The notes: generated by a model from the letters alone, not told the origin. 64,000 bases of DNA from Azolla caroliniana (GCA_043228905.1 JBHGNT010000012.1:8122001-8186000); one strand, 5' to 3'; shown: positions 36,856-49,489, counted from the stretch's first letter. Made by a program: numbers and translations.

Positions 36856-39800
36856 TCAATGTGGCCTCGTACGAGTCGGCTCTTGGGGCCTACACCGAAA
36901 AGAGGGTGGCAGGTGAATAGGAAACAACCAGCGTGGGGGCTGGTAGTTCCACCTCGGGCCACTCCCGCCTTGCATCACCATAGGTGTGTTCCGCCATTTC
37001 TGCCAAAAGCGCAAACGGGCAGTGGTCACGTCGTTGGAGTGGCTGCAGATCTCTTCTAGTTGCCCTCGTAGGCAGCTGATAAGCGCGAACCATATGTCCA
37101 TGATCACTTCCTCCAGGGGGCGTACCGTACCTTGGAAGACCTTGAGGCAACGCGCTTTCCATATATACCACAAGGTGAAACCTGCGATCAACAACCAGAT
37201 TTCCGGAAACCTAGGGGATGCGGGCTGCAAGCCTCTTTCAAAACGGATCTTGACGATTTTGCCTCTCGTGCATACATAGCACCAACTATCCGCATTGACG
37301 GCGTCCGTCCACCCTTCGACCGAGTGATCAATCCATGCCGCAGCGCTCCACGAGGCTGTTCCTTCAACGTCACATGCCACAAGGAGGCGAGTCACTCTAT
37401 CCCATACCTTTTGAGCTTGAGGGCAATCCCACAAACAATGTCTCAGAGACTCATTAGGTAGAGAGCACAGTGGGCAGCCTAACGGGCCGCCCCGTTTATC
37501 TAACCATTCGCCAACGGGCACCACATTATGACCGATCTGCCACCAAAAGAGCTTGATCTTTTCAGGCATGTGGAGACGCCAAAGACCCTTCCAAAAGGCA
37601 ATGAGCGCCTCATCGGGGATGCCCAATGTTCGCCAGCCGTTGCGAAGGGGGTCGCCTCGCTGCAGTTGCAAAGTCCGCCCCAATTTAGTGGTGTAATCGA
37701 AGAAGTGGTGGAGTCTATCGTCATGTTTCCATCTGAAATCCCCGGGGTCCCAATCCAGATCGACAAGGGGACGACAACCGTATACCCTTAACCTCCAATG
37801 GGGTTCCACCGTAGCAACATCCGGGTCTGTCTTCCAGATGTTATCAATCTGTGCCACCACTCGGATTGGGTGCCAAGAGCCGCTGCTCTGGCTGTCCCCA
37901 AAAACTGTATCCCTCCCCGATCCGCTCATGCCCTTTAGCGCCTTGACCATTCCAGCCTCGTCAAAGAGACCGAACCATGCATGTTCTCTCGCCACCCCCA
38001 TCGGAACCCTGTCAACTGCCTCAGCTATCAGTCTCCGCATTTTCGTAGCTCCCTTGAGGGGGGGGAAAAGGACCTCTTGGGCTCTTCCTGAATCAGCCAT
38101 GCGTCTCCAATCGTCTATAGATAGGAGGCCTGTTTGTGCCAACTTTCCCCATGCTAGGCCCTTAAGTTGCCCTAGCATCGCGTTGTCATTCGTTCGCACA
38201 TGAGGATTCCAGAATAGTGGCTGTCTAGTCCATTCGGTCACTGTTTCCGGGGTGTGCTTGACCAAATGTTGTCGTATATGGCACCATGCCCGCAAGATGG
38301 AGTTCGTGACCCTATCCTCCGGATGGCAAGCCAGCCTGGGTGGGACTCCACTCGTGCAGCACCAATTCAAGGAGTCGGGCCAAGGCCTACCATACTTGGG
38401 AGTCCCTACTTGCAGCCTGTTGCGAAGAAGTACCTTCCAGCACCCCTTACCTGGCAGGAGGCAGCGAACCACCATTTTAGCCAGCAATGCACGACTCTGC
38501 ATTAAGGGGTCTATGAGGCCAAGCCCCCCTTTGGCCCGCGGTTGCGTTAACCAACACCATGAGACTCTGGCGGCAGCCCTTGGGTTGTCCTTACCTGACC
38601 ATATAAACCCCCTAATGGCAGCCTTAATCGCGTGCAAACCTGCAGGGTCCATAATCCAGCATGAGACTGAGTGCCACATGGTAGCGAGCAGCACTTGGTT
38701 CGCCACAAGGACCCTACCAGCGAAGGACAATTTTGATCTACTCCACTGGTTCAGCTTCTTACTTATTTTGGCTTGTACGTGGGCCAATTGAGCTCCCTTG
38801 GGGATTGACCTCCCCATCGTAAATCCAAGGTACTTGAAAGTCGTCCCACTAGGGACCCACGTAAAATCGGCATGGGGTTGCCATCTTGGTGTCTCCTGTT
38901 CGCTGAACCATAGACCTTGGGTTTTATTCCAATTGATCTTGGCACCAGCCGCTTGACAAAAGTCCTCGACAAGATGTTCAGCCTGCTGTAAATTCTCCTC
39001 ATCACCTTGCAAGAAAAGAACCGTATCGTCGGCATATTCAGATAACAGCAAATCTTCAGTCGCATTGGGGATGGGCAATCCCCGCAACCCGCTAGTTGGT
39101 GCTTGTAAGTAGGCGGAGAAAGCCTCGGTTATAAAGAGATAGAGATATGGGGCTAGGGGACAGCCTTGCCTCACTGAGCGTTGTAGTTGGAAGGCGGGTC
39201 CCCTAGATCCAGCCATCAGCACGCTACTCGTAGCTGTCCGATAGAGTGCAGAAGTGCAATTCCTCCATTTTTGAGGTAGGCCCAAAGCTCTCATCACATT
39301 TTCCAAGAAGGGCCATAACACTCTATCGTAGGCCTTCTCAAAGTCTAGCATCAGAATAGCCGAGCTCGATACGGAGCACCCGGCCAATGCCATAGCTTCC
39401 CAAAGAAGCAACACATTATCAAAGATACACCTGTTCTTGACAAACCCAGTTTGATTGTCGTGTATGATGTCCGGTAAGAAGCTTGCTAATCGCTGAGCAA
39501 GGACTTTAGCGAGTATCTTGTATGCCGTGTTAAGGATCGTGATTGGACGCCATTGGCGCAACTCTAGGCTTCGCTCTTGGGATTTGGGGATGAGATATAT
39601 CATCCCCTCAGCCAGACCATTCGGCATCTTTCCTGAGGACCAAATCTCTTGGAACCCGGCTTCCAAGGACGGGATAACACATTCCCAATGAATCTCGAAG
39701 AAATCTCGTGAGAGACCATCGGGACCAGGGCATGCACCCCTTCGCAATCCCCTAAGTGCCTCCGAGAGCTCTAAACGAGAGATGGGACTATCGAGCACAA

Positions 39801-41169
39801 CTTCCATCTCTTGGGTTACCTTGGGGTGAATGCAAGACATCACTCGATCAGCCAGCTCCGAGTTTTGCCGCACATGCGTAGGTGCGAGGAGGTCACGATA
39901 ATATTGTGTTGCCATTTCCAGAACCTCAGTCTTGTCCTCCGTTATTGAGCCGTCTGGTTTTCGCAGCCCGTGTATACGTCCACCACCACCCTTGGGTGCC
40001 TTGTAGTGAAAGAAATGTCGGTTGACCTTGTCGTCTTTTCTAGCCCACCATGCTGCGTTTCTTCGAAACAGCATTCGGTTCTTCTCCAAAGTCCTTTCTT
40101 GTACCTTCATCTTTGCTTCCTCTAGTTTAGCTCTAGACCATTTGCAACCAGGGTCTACCTGTAACAGCCGTTGCGCTGCCGCAACGGCCTTCCTTAATTT
40201 TGTTTCAATGGCTCTAACCTGTTGGAGGGCGCGCTTGGTCTCTTGTTGTAAAAAGGAGGACGAGCGGGCCAATTTTTCCTGCAGATCTTCGCTGGCTGAT
40301 TTACTGCCCATGGTGTCCTGCCATATACTCTGTAAACCGGCCTTCACCTCTTCACTCTTCATGATCTTTATGGGGATCTTTACATTGAGACTGCCCTTGC
40401 TATCGTTGGGTGGGTTAAGGTCTAGTGTCACCGGCTGATGATCTGAAAAGGTAAGGCCTGCCAAGATAGCAAAGGAGCCCCCGAGCTCTTCGAGGGATGA
40501 GCTGATGTATATGCGGTCTAGCCGTGCAAGACTACCGCCCCTAGCATTCCCGGCGGCTCTAGAAAAGTGCAGCGAATGTGAGCTTCGCCTAAGGGAAGAG
40601 CCCCATGTATCCTTCACCCCGATTTTGCCAATTAGGAAAGCCCATGAATCCAGCTCCGCACCATAAATAGGCCTCTGGGTCCCTCCTTTCCTATCTCCCA
40701 TGTGTTCAGTCATGTTGAAATCACCTGCCATTACCCAAGCCTCGACATTAGGTAATGTTGTCGCGAGCATCCTCCAAAAGATTGCTCTCTCGGGGGCTGA
40801 GTTAGGGGCATAAAGATTTAGCACCCCAATCTGTAGGCGATTCCATTTCAGAAGCACGTATAAGGCCCGACCCTCCACCAGCGTGCCAGATGATGTTACT
40901 TCGTATCGGGCCCTATCGCTGATCGAGATGCAGACCCCTCCTCTTCGGTGGAGGTCACCCTGCGCAGCCGACCACCATGTGGTCCACCCACCCGACAAGG
41001 GGTTTACTAAGCTCTGAGTTCGCTCTTGCGAGAGGTGGTGTTCCTGCAAAAGCAATATGTCAATATGGCCCCCTATATTAAGGGGATTCAACTCCTCCTG
41101 AAGTCTTCTACACTCTTGGTGTTGTCGGCCTCCACCAAGGCCCTGTACATTCCACGTTAGGATCCTCAT
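36856..41169 (-). CDS. LINE ORF2: APE endonuclease, reverse transcriptase, zf-RVT (1437 aa, intact)
   Basis: MRILTWNVQGL, LQE, NLYAP, GDFN, RLDR and SDH (APE); WRPI, LDFEKAYD, RQGCPL, YADD and KYLG (RT); CPLC..HCLWDC (zf-RVT). Confidence 0.96.
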   Translation of the reverse strand: MRILTWNVQGLGGGRQHQECRRLQEELNPLNIGGHIDILLLQEHHLSQERTQSLVNPLSGGWTTWWSAAQGDLHRRGGVCISISDRARYEVTSSGTLVEGRALYVLLKWNRLQIGVLNLYAPNSAPERAIFWRMLATTLPNVEAWVMAGDFNMTEHMGDRKGGTQRPIYGAELDSWAFLIGKIGVKDTWGSSLRRSSHSLHFSRAAGNARGGSLARLDRIYISSSLEELGGSFAILAGLTFSDHQPVTLDLNPPNDSKGSLNVKIPIKIMKSEEVKAGLQSIWQDTMGSKSASEDLQEKLARSSSFLQQETKRALQQVRAIETKLRKAVAAAQRLLQVDPGCKWSRAKLEEAKMKVQERTLEKNRMLFRRNAAWWARKDDKVNRHFFHYKAPKGGGGRIHGLRKPDGSITEDKTEVLEMATQYYRDLLAPTHVRQNSELADRVMSCIHPKVTQEMEVVLDSPISRLELSEALRGLRRGACPGPDGLSRDFFEIHWECVIPSLEAGFQEIWSSGKMPNGLAEGMIYLIPKSQERSLELRQWRPITILNTAYKILAKVLAQRLASFLPDIIHDNQTGFVKNRCIFDNVLLLWEAMALAGCSVSSSAILMLDFEKAYDRVLWPFLENVMRALGLPQKWRNCTSALYRTATSSVLMAGSRGPAFQLQRSVRQGCPLAPYLYLFITEAFSAYLQAPTSGLRGLPIPNATEDLLLSEYADDTVLFLQGDEENLQQAEHLVEDFCQAAGAKINWNKTQGLWFSEQETPRWQPHADFTWVPSGTTFKYLGFTMGRSIPKGAQLAHVQAKISKKLNQWSRSKLSFAGRVLVANQVLLATMWHSVSCWIMDPAGLHAIKAAIRGFIWSGKDNPRAAARVSWCWLTQPRAKGGLGLIDPLMQSRALLAKMVVRCLLPGKGCWKVLLRNRLQVGTPKYGRPWPDSLNWCCTSGVPPRLACHPEDRVTNSILRAWCHIRQHLVKHTPETVTEWTRQPLFWNPHVRTNDNAMLGQLKGLAWGKLAQTGLLSIDDWRRMADSGRAQEVLFPPLKGATKMRRLIAEAVDRVPMGVAREHAWFGLFDEAGMVKALKGMSGSGRDTVFGDSQSSGSWHPIRVVAQIDNIWKTDPDVATVEPHWRLRVYGCRPLVDLDWDPGDFRWKHDDRLHHFFDYTTKLGRTLQLQRGDPLRNGWRTLGIPDEALIAFWKGLWRLHMPEKIKLFWWQIGHNVVPVGEWLDKRGGPLGCPLCSLPNESLRHCLWDCPQAQKVWDRVTRLLVACDVEGTASWSAAAWIDHSVEGWTDAVNADSWCYVCTRGKIVKIRFERGLQPASPRFPEIWLLIAGFTLWYIWKARCLKVFQGTVRPLEEVIMDIWFALISCLRGQLEEICSHSNDVTTARLRFWQKWRNTPMVMQGGSGPRWNYQPPRWLFPIHLPPSFRCRPQEPTRTRPH

Positions 41170-42029
41170 CCGAAAACGGTGACGTTGGCGCCCATGTTCG
41201 GGCCGATCTCCATGTCATGGGGCAAACTAACACCTGTTTCGGGGGGTATGGTCTCCACTGCAGGCTGCAAATCCCCTACAAGATTCTCAGCCGGTCGTTC
41301 TCGACCCGCTTCAAATAGATCCCGCGATACATTTGTGCTCCGAAGCGGTGGCACAACTTGCACCCCTCTATCTAACAGAGTCGTCGCCAAACCAGGTGTT
41401 GGTCTTCCTATCTTACCCTTTTCTTTGTCCTTGAGCTTGCCCGTCCGGATCCACGATTTCACTAATCTGAGGCCACTACCACATTCCCGCTCCACCGGGA
41501 GGGGGGGCTGTGCCAGCTTCTCTTCCGGGGTGGACGGTACAAGTTGGGGTTGCATCTCCATCGGGGTGGAGAACACGAGTTCGGGCTCCCGCGGGGGAAG
41601 GCGTGAGGAGTCACACGGGGACAGCATTGCTGCCAGCGTTGCTGGGTCGCCATCCCCTAACCCTTGAAGAAGTGTAAATCTGTTGGTAGCTCTCACCTGT
41701 AGGTCGGGTGCCTTGGCACTCCCGGAGAGGATCTTTACTCGTTTCAAGGGTTGCTCGTCCACGCTTGCTGGTGACAAGGTGGCAGGACTTCTTTCAAGGG
41801 GGAGGTCATGAAAGAGGGCGGGAGAGGAGGCACCTAGGCCTCCAAGTTTCCCCTTCTTCTTAACGGGTAGCCAAGGAGCTTCTTCACCCTTGGATGTCCC
41901 GACTTTGCCCGAGGGTCGTGGTCCCGAGCTTCCCTTTCCAATCTTACGAGGACACTCCTTAGCTAGGTGTCCTGTCTGTTTGCAAATGAAACACTGCCCC
42001 GGGAGTCCCTCAAAAACCACTTTTACCAC
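41166..42029 (-). CDS. LINE ORF1, C-terminal part only (CCHC zinc knuckle and low-complexity tail)
   Basis: FEGLPGQCFICKQTGHLAKECP. Truncated at the TSD, so there is no true start codon. The stop overlaps the ORF2 start (ATGA, 41169-41166). Confidence 0.85.
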   Translation of the reverse strand: MVKVVFEGLPGQCFICKQTGHLAKECPRKIGKGSSGPRPSGKVGTSKGEEAPWLPVKKKGKLGGLGASSPALFHDLPLERSPATLSPASVDEQPLKRVKILSGSAKAPDLQVRATNRFTLLQGLGDGDPATLAAMLSPCDSSRLPPREPELVFSTPMEMQPQLVPSTPEEKLAQPPLPVERECGSGLRLVKSWIRTGKLKDKEKGKIGRPTPGLATTLLDRGVQVVPPLRSTNVSRDLFEAGRERPAENLVGDLQPAVETIPPETGVSLPHDMEIGPNMGANVTVFG

Positions 42030-42429
42030 TGTTAATCACAAATCATTTGATGGTTGGTGCCCAAATAAGAAAATGTACAAAGAGTTAAAATAAGTGAAAA
42101 TATTACATGATATTCATACAAGAATCAAATAGTGGAAAGTTCTTATTGTTTACTTAGTAAAAACTTTACAACCCAACTTAACACTTTCAAGTATTTGAAA
42201 GTTTATAACAAACAAGTCTTCATTGTCGTCTATGATAAGCAAACCTTGTTTGAGAAATATACCATGGGAGAGTCCTCTCCTCAAATCATTAGGAACCTAT
42301 ATCTTCATGATAGGATAAATTTGAGTGGAGCTCGATATCTTCAAAAAGAGTTTTGCATAATTTTGCATCACAAAAAATGAATTATTTTAGAATAGGTAAC
42401 TCAAGGCCAAAACTTCCAATGGATATACA

Positions 42430-42602
42430 TTTTGTTTTTATTTTTATTTTGTTCCCAAAAACAAAACTCATTCCGTTAGTTATAAAATTCTATAGCTGAG
42501 GATGTTTAATACAAATCCCAAAAAGGATTCGATAGTTCCATCTTATGTGGAGTCCCACTACCTCAAGAAAAGGAGAGGACAACCATTATTGGATGAAGGC
42601 TA
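42430..42602 (-). mobile_element. Short 3' fragment of a second LINE family (same family as 56625-60045)
   Basis: The reverse complement matches 59891-60030 (GCCTTCAT.CAA.AATGG..TCCTCTCC..TTCTTGAG.TAGTGGG..TCCACATAAGATGGAACTATC..GGGATTTGTAT..AATTTTATAACTAA); T-rich tail remnant on the left. Confidence 0.8.
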
Positions 42603-45084
42603 ATCATTGATTTTTTGGCTCCATGGGATCCACCCGTGATGCATTTGTCCAATGTGCAAGTTAGAAGAGAAAATGTGAGCTTGTTTCAAATTTAACCTTT
42701 TGCACAAAGGTATACTTGTCTGTCCAAACTTTGTGACCATTTATAACCTTTTTAGCACTCTTAGATGCTTGAACATTTTAAATATCCCGTTGTTGTATAT
42801 GAAGCTCTCACATCTACTTTTTCTATAAAAATGACGCATCAAAATTACAAATACTATAATACAAACACAAAGTAAATTCAGCATAAAAGGTCTAAGGATG
42901 AAGTTGAGATTACAAAGATGTACACATTTTAACACCTATTGCATGGTAAAATATACAACAAACCTTGGTTTCAAAAGGCATTAACTAATATACAACATAA
43001 TACAAATCATTCTTTTGAATTATTATGCACAAGCGAAACCAATTAGAAAACTTATACCTAAGCTTAACATTAATTTCTTGAGATTTCAAAAATTTCAAAA
43101 GTGTATCCTCACACGGATAGTGCAAAGTCTCCGGGTAAATTATGTAGAATGCTTAAAACTTCCTTCTATATTTTGAGCACTAATGAATTAAAAAATGTCA
43201 AGCTCAGTCATGGGAAATCATGCATGAGCCATAATTATAGCTTATGCCTCCTCGAGTTACTTTGCATAACAATATTCATGTTTCAAAGTCATCTTTGATA
43301 GATCTTCTACCTTGTCTCATCAAAACAGCCATTAACGTAATTCTAATTCATAAAAGTAATCTCGATGAAACCAAAATTAGTGAAAATTAAATTATGACAA
43401 ATTAGAATGTAACCATTGTTGCATTAGCACCACCATAATTACTAGAAATACCTAGTTAGTAGCACTAACTACATAGTATGACGTTAATATCATAATTTAA
43501 ACACGTGTTTTGTTTCTTATGTAATTAATTTTGATATTCTAATACTTTGCAAGTTCCTAATTGTGTCTTGCTTAATGGTTGATTGATTTTGTGCAAGTAA
43601 GATTTATTTATTTATTAGTAAAATCTCATTTTCGTATATGGTGGGAAACACCTCAATGGCCTTGCATTTTTGTTACTTCTCCAAAATAATTCTAGTCAAT
43701 TTTTGAAAGGCAAAAATAATGTAATTGCTCAAGCTCCCCACAAAACTACTTGAGATGGTTAATACAGGGCTTTCAAGAAAATAAAGCAAGCAAAATTTTG
43801 GATGTGCAAGGATGTCTACATGAACGATAGATGTGTCATGTGTTGTTCATGGATGCTCAAAATGGATCTTACATAGGAAAAAACGTACTTTTTAACGCTT
43901 GCCAACTTGGATCTACAGTTAGCCTTCATGAAAAAACATCTCACCTCACAAATTAATAAGCTCGCCTACCATTTTCCAACCAATGAAAGAACCCATGTGT
44001 TCACAATGCATGTGACTTTTTTCAGACACTAGGTACCCACAAGATTTGTTCAAAATGATATGAGAAATTGGGCTAACCTATGCTCATAGGATATCATTCC
44101 TAGCAAGAGATACATGTTAACTATAATTTAAAGTTACAACTATACATGATCCCACAATATTTACTCATGATGTACTTGCATTTAGTGCTTTGCTATCAAA
44201 ACTATCATTTTGGGCGACAAAGCTTGCATGTTTACTTCGTACCACTTTAAAAAGTATCATATTTTATGAAAGGTGAAGTGTACTTGACATCCTAAACGAT
44301 ATCATCACTTGTAGTGTACAAGACGTTCAAAATAGTAGCATCTAATAAATTCTTAGAGAATACGGATCTTTAATACAAGTTTTCAAATTTCTTTCTAGAG
44401 GAATTTTGACCATGTTCACGACAAGCCTTGTTGATGAGTGAAGTTCTAATGCATTTAATACATTCTCTTTAGTCCAAACATAACACTTAGCATGAACTCG
44501 TTTTAAGAAAATCGGAACGTCATAAAAGTTTGAGATATCTTATTAGATAGCCATAAATAATATACATGCACGTGTTCATATACCTATCTAACTCTATTCA
44601 CAATGATAACTACATAAATGGATAGAAAATGACAATATGAACAAACAAGTCCTAGGTGTATACTTTTGTTATCTTCATTAGGATTTTGATTATATTTATA
44701 GAACTACACAAATCATTGAAATCTTATTACCAAAATGTGTTATTAATAATTTTAGGCATCTAGAGCCCGATTTAATAAGGTTGGGGAAAAGGGGTCATCA
44801 TATCACAAGGCAAGAAGAAAGATAAATGCGTAATTCTAAGAGATTGTAAAGTTTATTTAAAATTTAAGAAATTTGAATAGAAAGAGATGCATGCACATCC
44901 AAGTTTTCCATTGAATCAAAACATAGATGTCTAATTCCAAGCACCTCATGTAACTAAAATATTGCTTTGGCTTCAAGCCTTTCCAACTTTTTATATAGTA
45001 GCAACAACATAAATGTTACATATGTACATACCCAAGATAAAAAGGCAAGTTATACAATGTTGCATATTGAAGGGTTGCATCGAC

Positions 45085-48000
45085 TTATTTTCTCATGCAA
45101 TCATGGACAATTTCATGAATTAAATCATCAGAGATAAGAATTTCTAGCTCATTTGCTATAGATTGCATGTCTGTATGGAACCAAGACACATTGTCTTTAG
45201 AAAAAACCTCATTTGCAATACATGTATCTAAGTTGATGTCCTCCCTTGATTGTGAAGATATATTGAAGAAATGGCATAAACTCAAATGAGCCCATATATG
45301 TTCTAGAAGTTTATTTCCTGTCATGTAAAAGCATTGAGCATTGAGCCATGGAATTTCACAAGCCTTCAATTGGATTGAGACAATCTCACCCACAACATCA
45401 AACAATAACCTTCTAGCTTTTGAATCTAGGAACAAATTCGAACTCAATCTTTGGTAAGCCTCCTCGAGACTCATGAAAATTGTTGGGTCAAGACCATTCT
45501 TGTGTTCCTTCGAGAATGCATACTTCATCACATTCTCATGCTTGGAAAAACCTGCAAATGCAAGTATATCTTTGATATAGGTAAACTCCTCATGTCTTCC
45601 AAGAGGTATCTCAACCCCCCATACATTGGTTATAATTGGTGATCCACAAGTTGACTCTATACAATTGTTGTGTCCTATTGGTGACAACTCCTCGGCCTCC
45701 GACAATTCGAAAGCAATCGATGAAGAGAGGGGATGAGTGATAAGTGTTCCATGAATATTTCCATCTACATTGCAGATGAGGCATATATTTTAAAACCCAT
45801 GCAATAACAAAGTGAGAAGATGTACTTATGGAACGATTCTTCAAAATATACCTTGATGTTGATACTTGGAATGCAATATTTCTTGTGTATCAGAATTTGG
45901 ACTCTCCTCTTGGTATGGTAAAATCTCTAGTACAGAGATTGGACTTGGTTGCTCACATCTATCTATAGTTGTAGTCTCATAGGTGTTGGCCATGCTAGAA
46001 ATCTCCAATGTGTTGTCAATGCTAGCCAACATTGAACCCCATCGATCATCACCTCGTATAAGCTTGTTTGGTGTCTACATGAGAAATAATAAGAAAAACA
46101 TATAAATACCTAATCAATGTCTTGGAGAGTTATGGTGTGGATATTGGGGGCGAACTAAAATTAAGTGACATCATCTTTTTTCTTATTTAATCTATATTTA
46201 GTCTCACCTTCATCATCACAAATCTAGGTATGTTTTCTAAACGATAAATATCCAAGTTAAGTGGGATCACTTGGTCACCCGTGAAGTAGGGGTTAAATTA
46301 TAAAAGTTCATAATGCCACGTCCTAACTATTTACATGTTGAGATGTTTAGGGAGCCATGATGTGAAAATTTCTAAGATTTTATGTGTATCACTTACCATG
46401 TTGTTATTCAAAGAAAGTGTATCGTGGAGATGGTTGTTTGAGAACTCCCTCTTCTCCTCGTCTTGGTTAGTCAAGCTTATAGACTCCTTGAAGAAATTGG
46501 TAGAATCGTTTTTGGATTCCTTCTTATTAGGTTCACTATAAATTTCCCCTTGCTCGAAAACAAGCTCAGCCCTTGGAAAATTGGAACCAATTGGTGAATG
46601 AGTCAAATGCAAACTACATTCTGAAGGATTTTGGTTTTTCTTGTTCTTCTTCTTCTTTTTAATTGACAAGAAATTGTCTTTCAAGATCAATAACTTTCCC
46701 TTGAAAATGGATGCTTCAATGACGGATTTCGATTTGTGTGAGCTTGATAATGCCCCAAGATTCTCTAGGTCACATTTTGAAATTTGATTACCTCGAGCAA
46801 ATGAAGTTGACGGAGCAGAGAGAGACCTTGGAAGCAACTTTGCACTATGGTGATCATTCACATGTAACATATTTCCACACATGCTTCGAAGGTTAGAATT
46901 TTCTTGTTTCGCACTGGAAATATTATCTGACCAACGATAAGCATCCCCATTCCTTCGACTCTTCTCCTTAGGGATCATGCCATGATCCAATGTCATGTTA
47001 GTAGAAATCGTACCCCGATGAATCCTCCCTTTTCGTCTCTCTAAACTAACCGATCTTGGGATTACATCCTCATCCAAATCACTCCTAGAAGGATTATGAC
47101 GAGAACTAACTGATAAGCCGCTCGAATATACTTGTTTCCCATCATCTCTCAAGCTTTTCCTTGACGATAACTCAAAATATCTATCACTCTCACTTCTTGC
47201 TCTTAGAGGTATGGATTCCCTTGAAAACCTTGCACTCCTCTCTTCTTCCATTTGTTGAGCTATTTTCCTAGCAATGTCTTTATAATGCTCGTCCCCAACG
47301 ACATTCCTTCTCTTGATCTCCCTCCTTAAGTGTGAAGTAAACCCTAGACCCTTAGAGATATCTTTGGCATGATTCTCCTTGCCATATAATTCTTTTGCCT
47401 TTGCCTTGGTATTGCTCAAGTCCAATGAAGGTCGTATAAGGGGCCCATTAGTCACGGAAGGCTTCCTAGTATGGCTTGCATTTCTCCCCAAATTAGGTTT
47501 TAACACCACTATCTTTGTAGGCTTTATTGTCTCATCAAATAGTGCATGGTTTGGCAAGATCCCATCAAAATTATGATTGAACGTCTCCAGATTAGCACAT
47601 GATATTGCTTCATCTCTCAAGTCGCGCCTCCTCCGATCCTTTCTCGACTCTGAGAAGCTCCTTCGGAGTGAATTAAGAGCTCCATGTGATTCTCCTCTAG
47701 CTCTCATGGACCCCACACTTTGATTGAATGCCTGAGAAAGCAACACTTTGTTGTTGGTTTGCATCATGAAGTGGGAGGCATCCGAACAATCCCAATGCCC
47801 TTCTTGGTCTTCTTCTCCATGGAAGAAGCATGGGGACAACAATGTCTCCTTGGTCGAGAGCTTGGCCGCGAATTCTCTCTTGAACTCGGCGAGCTGCTTC
47901 TCTTGTGGGTGATGTGCCGATTTCCTCAAAGGATCGGCTCCTTCATAGCCTATATTCCTTATGATGTCCCCCACACTAAGCGAAGAGATGGGATTGTTAT

Positions 48001-49248
48001 CTAGTTTATCATGGTACAACCCTTGCGGACGCATCATTGCCGAGGAGCCATATAGATTTGAATCGTGATATGATCCTTGCGGACGCGTCATTGATGAGGA
48101 GCCATACATTTTTGAATCATTGGACATGATCGAGCGATTTTGTTGTTGTTGTTGTTGTTGAGGCAATGGATCCAAGCCCATGAGGCGCGCCACCACACTC
48201 CTCCTCGCCCCAGCCCCAGCCCCATGAGGAGGAAAATTGGCCTTCATCTTTGCACATTCTTTAGGGTTAGGGTTTGGATCGTCTCTAGCTGACCTCGGCG
48301 AATCTTCTCCGCAAGTTCTCCTCCTCAATCTCAAGGTGGACACCTCATACCCTACCTGTGCATCCAAAATCACCCTCTACATTATTTTAAATTTTAATGC
48401 AACAATGAAACACATTGATCTTGCACATACTGCACTTTCAATTTAATTTCAGGAAAATCCTCAATTAGTGACAATTTAAAGGCCAACCAACCCTAAATTT
48501 AGGGTTTGAATCAACCTCTATCTTTGCATTAAACCATGCACTTCATTCAGGAAACCTCCCCCAATTTAGATGCTATTTTACCAGAATAAAATCCTAAATT
48601 CAATTGAAACCCTAATAATAATAGACCCCAGCCCTAAATTTGAGCAAGAACCCTAATGTTGAACCACATCTCAATATTGGATAAGAGCCTTAATGTTGAA
48701 GAAGAAGCCTATTTATTTAATTCAGAACCTTATAATGGAGTAAAACCCCCTGATTTTCAATCAAAACCTGAAACTTGAATCAAACCCAAAATTTGGAGGA
48801 ATTAAACCAAATCTTATGTTATGCGAACAAACCCAAGAAGGAAAAAAAACAAATTAAAATTGTAACCCAAAATTTTTGAGGAATGGACGAATCATAACAA
48901 TGGATCATAATTATTATACCGGAATGTCGAGATCACGTCCCATTCTCATCATTCCATTATTACAAGAGGCAATATCCAAGCTGTTTCTAGGAGCTTCAAA
49001 TCCTGCACAAGAAAATAACACACACACATATATAATTATTCAAATTATTAGCAAAAATTTTTAGTTTCCCGTGTGTTATATAACATAACTTTAAAGAGAA
49101 AAGGAATTGAGCCCATAATAAAAATAGAAATAATTAATATCTTACCACCAAAAATGTCATGTTTTGGAGGTATGTAATAATCTCTGCTATACTTAGCAGA
49201 GGAGGAGGAGATATCAAATTTCCCTATTTTCCTCTCTGATCTAGACAT
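45085..49248 (-). CDS. TON1-recruiting-motif (TRM)/LONGIFOLIA-family protein; exons 49248-49146, 49002-48920, 48355-46397, 46074-45852, 45764-45085; ~1015 aa
   Basis: Motifs GFEAPRNSLD, SVVARLMGLD (VARLMGL), TKIVVLKP (DUF3741), EQPSPISVLE and C-terminal ELEILISDDLIHEI (DUF4378). All four introns are GT..AG with compatible phases (1,0,0,1); the joined CDS of 3048 nt is open. Confidence 0.9.
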
Positions 49249-49489
49249 CTCAAAAAACCAATCTTAATCAATAAACCCAAAGATGTGAGTGTGTGTTTCT
49301 TCAGCCAAATAGAGGAGCTCTAAATTAGATTAGAAAAAGAAGAGGAGAAACTTAAAAGGAGCTCTACATGTAGCATGAAAAAGATAAAAGAGGGAGAATA
49401 AAGATCTACCACTGATAGAGGAGGATTTAATCCTCCACATACATACATACATATTTGCACACACACATTCATATCATCAAAATTTGCTT

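Larger units (their letters stand above)
36662..42031 (-). mobile_element. L1-clade LINE, 5'-truncated inside ORF1, with poly(A) and long TSD
   Basis: T20 at 36662-36681; TSD TTAATCACAAATCA(TTT) at 36648-36661 and 42032-42045; 3' UTR 36682-36855. Confidence 0.96.

Noticed and set aside
20211-41667. Many antisense or alternative-frame ORFs overlapping the Copia, Gypsy and LINE coding regions and LTRs
   Set aside because: No recognisable domains; expected shadows of long GC-rich open frames.
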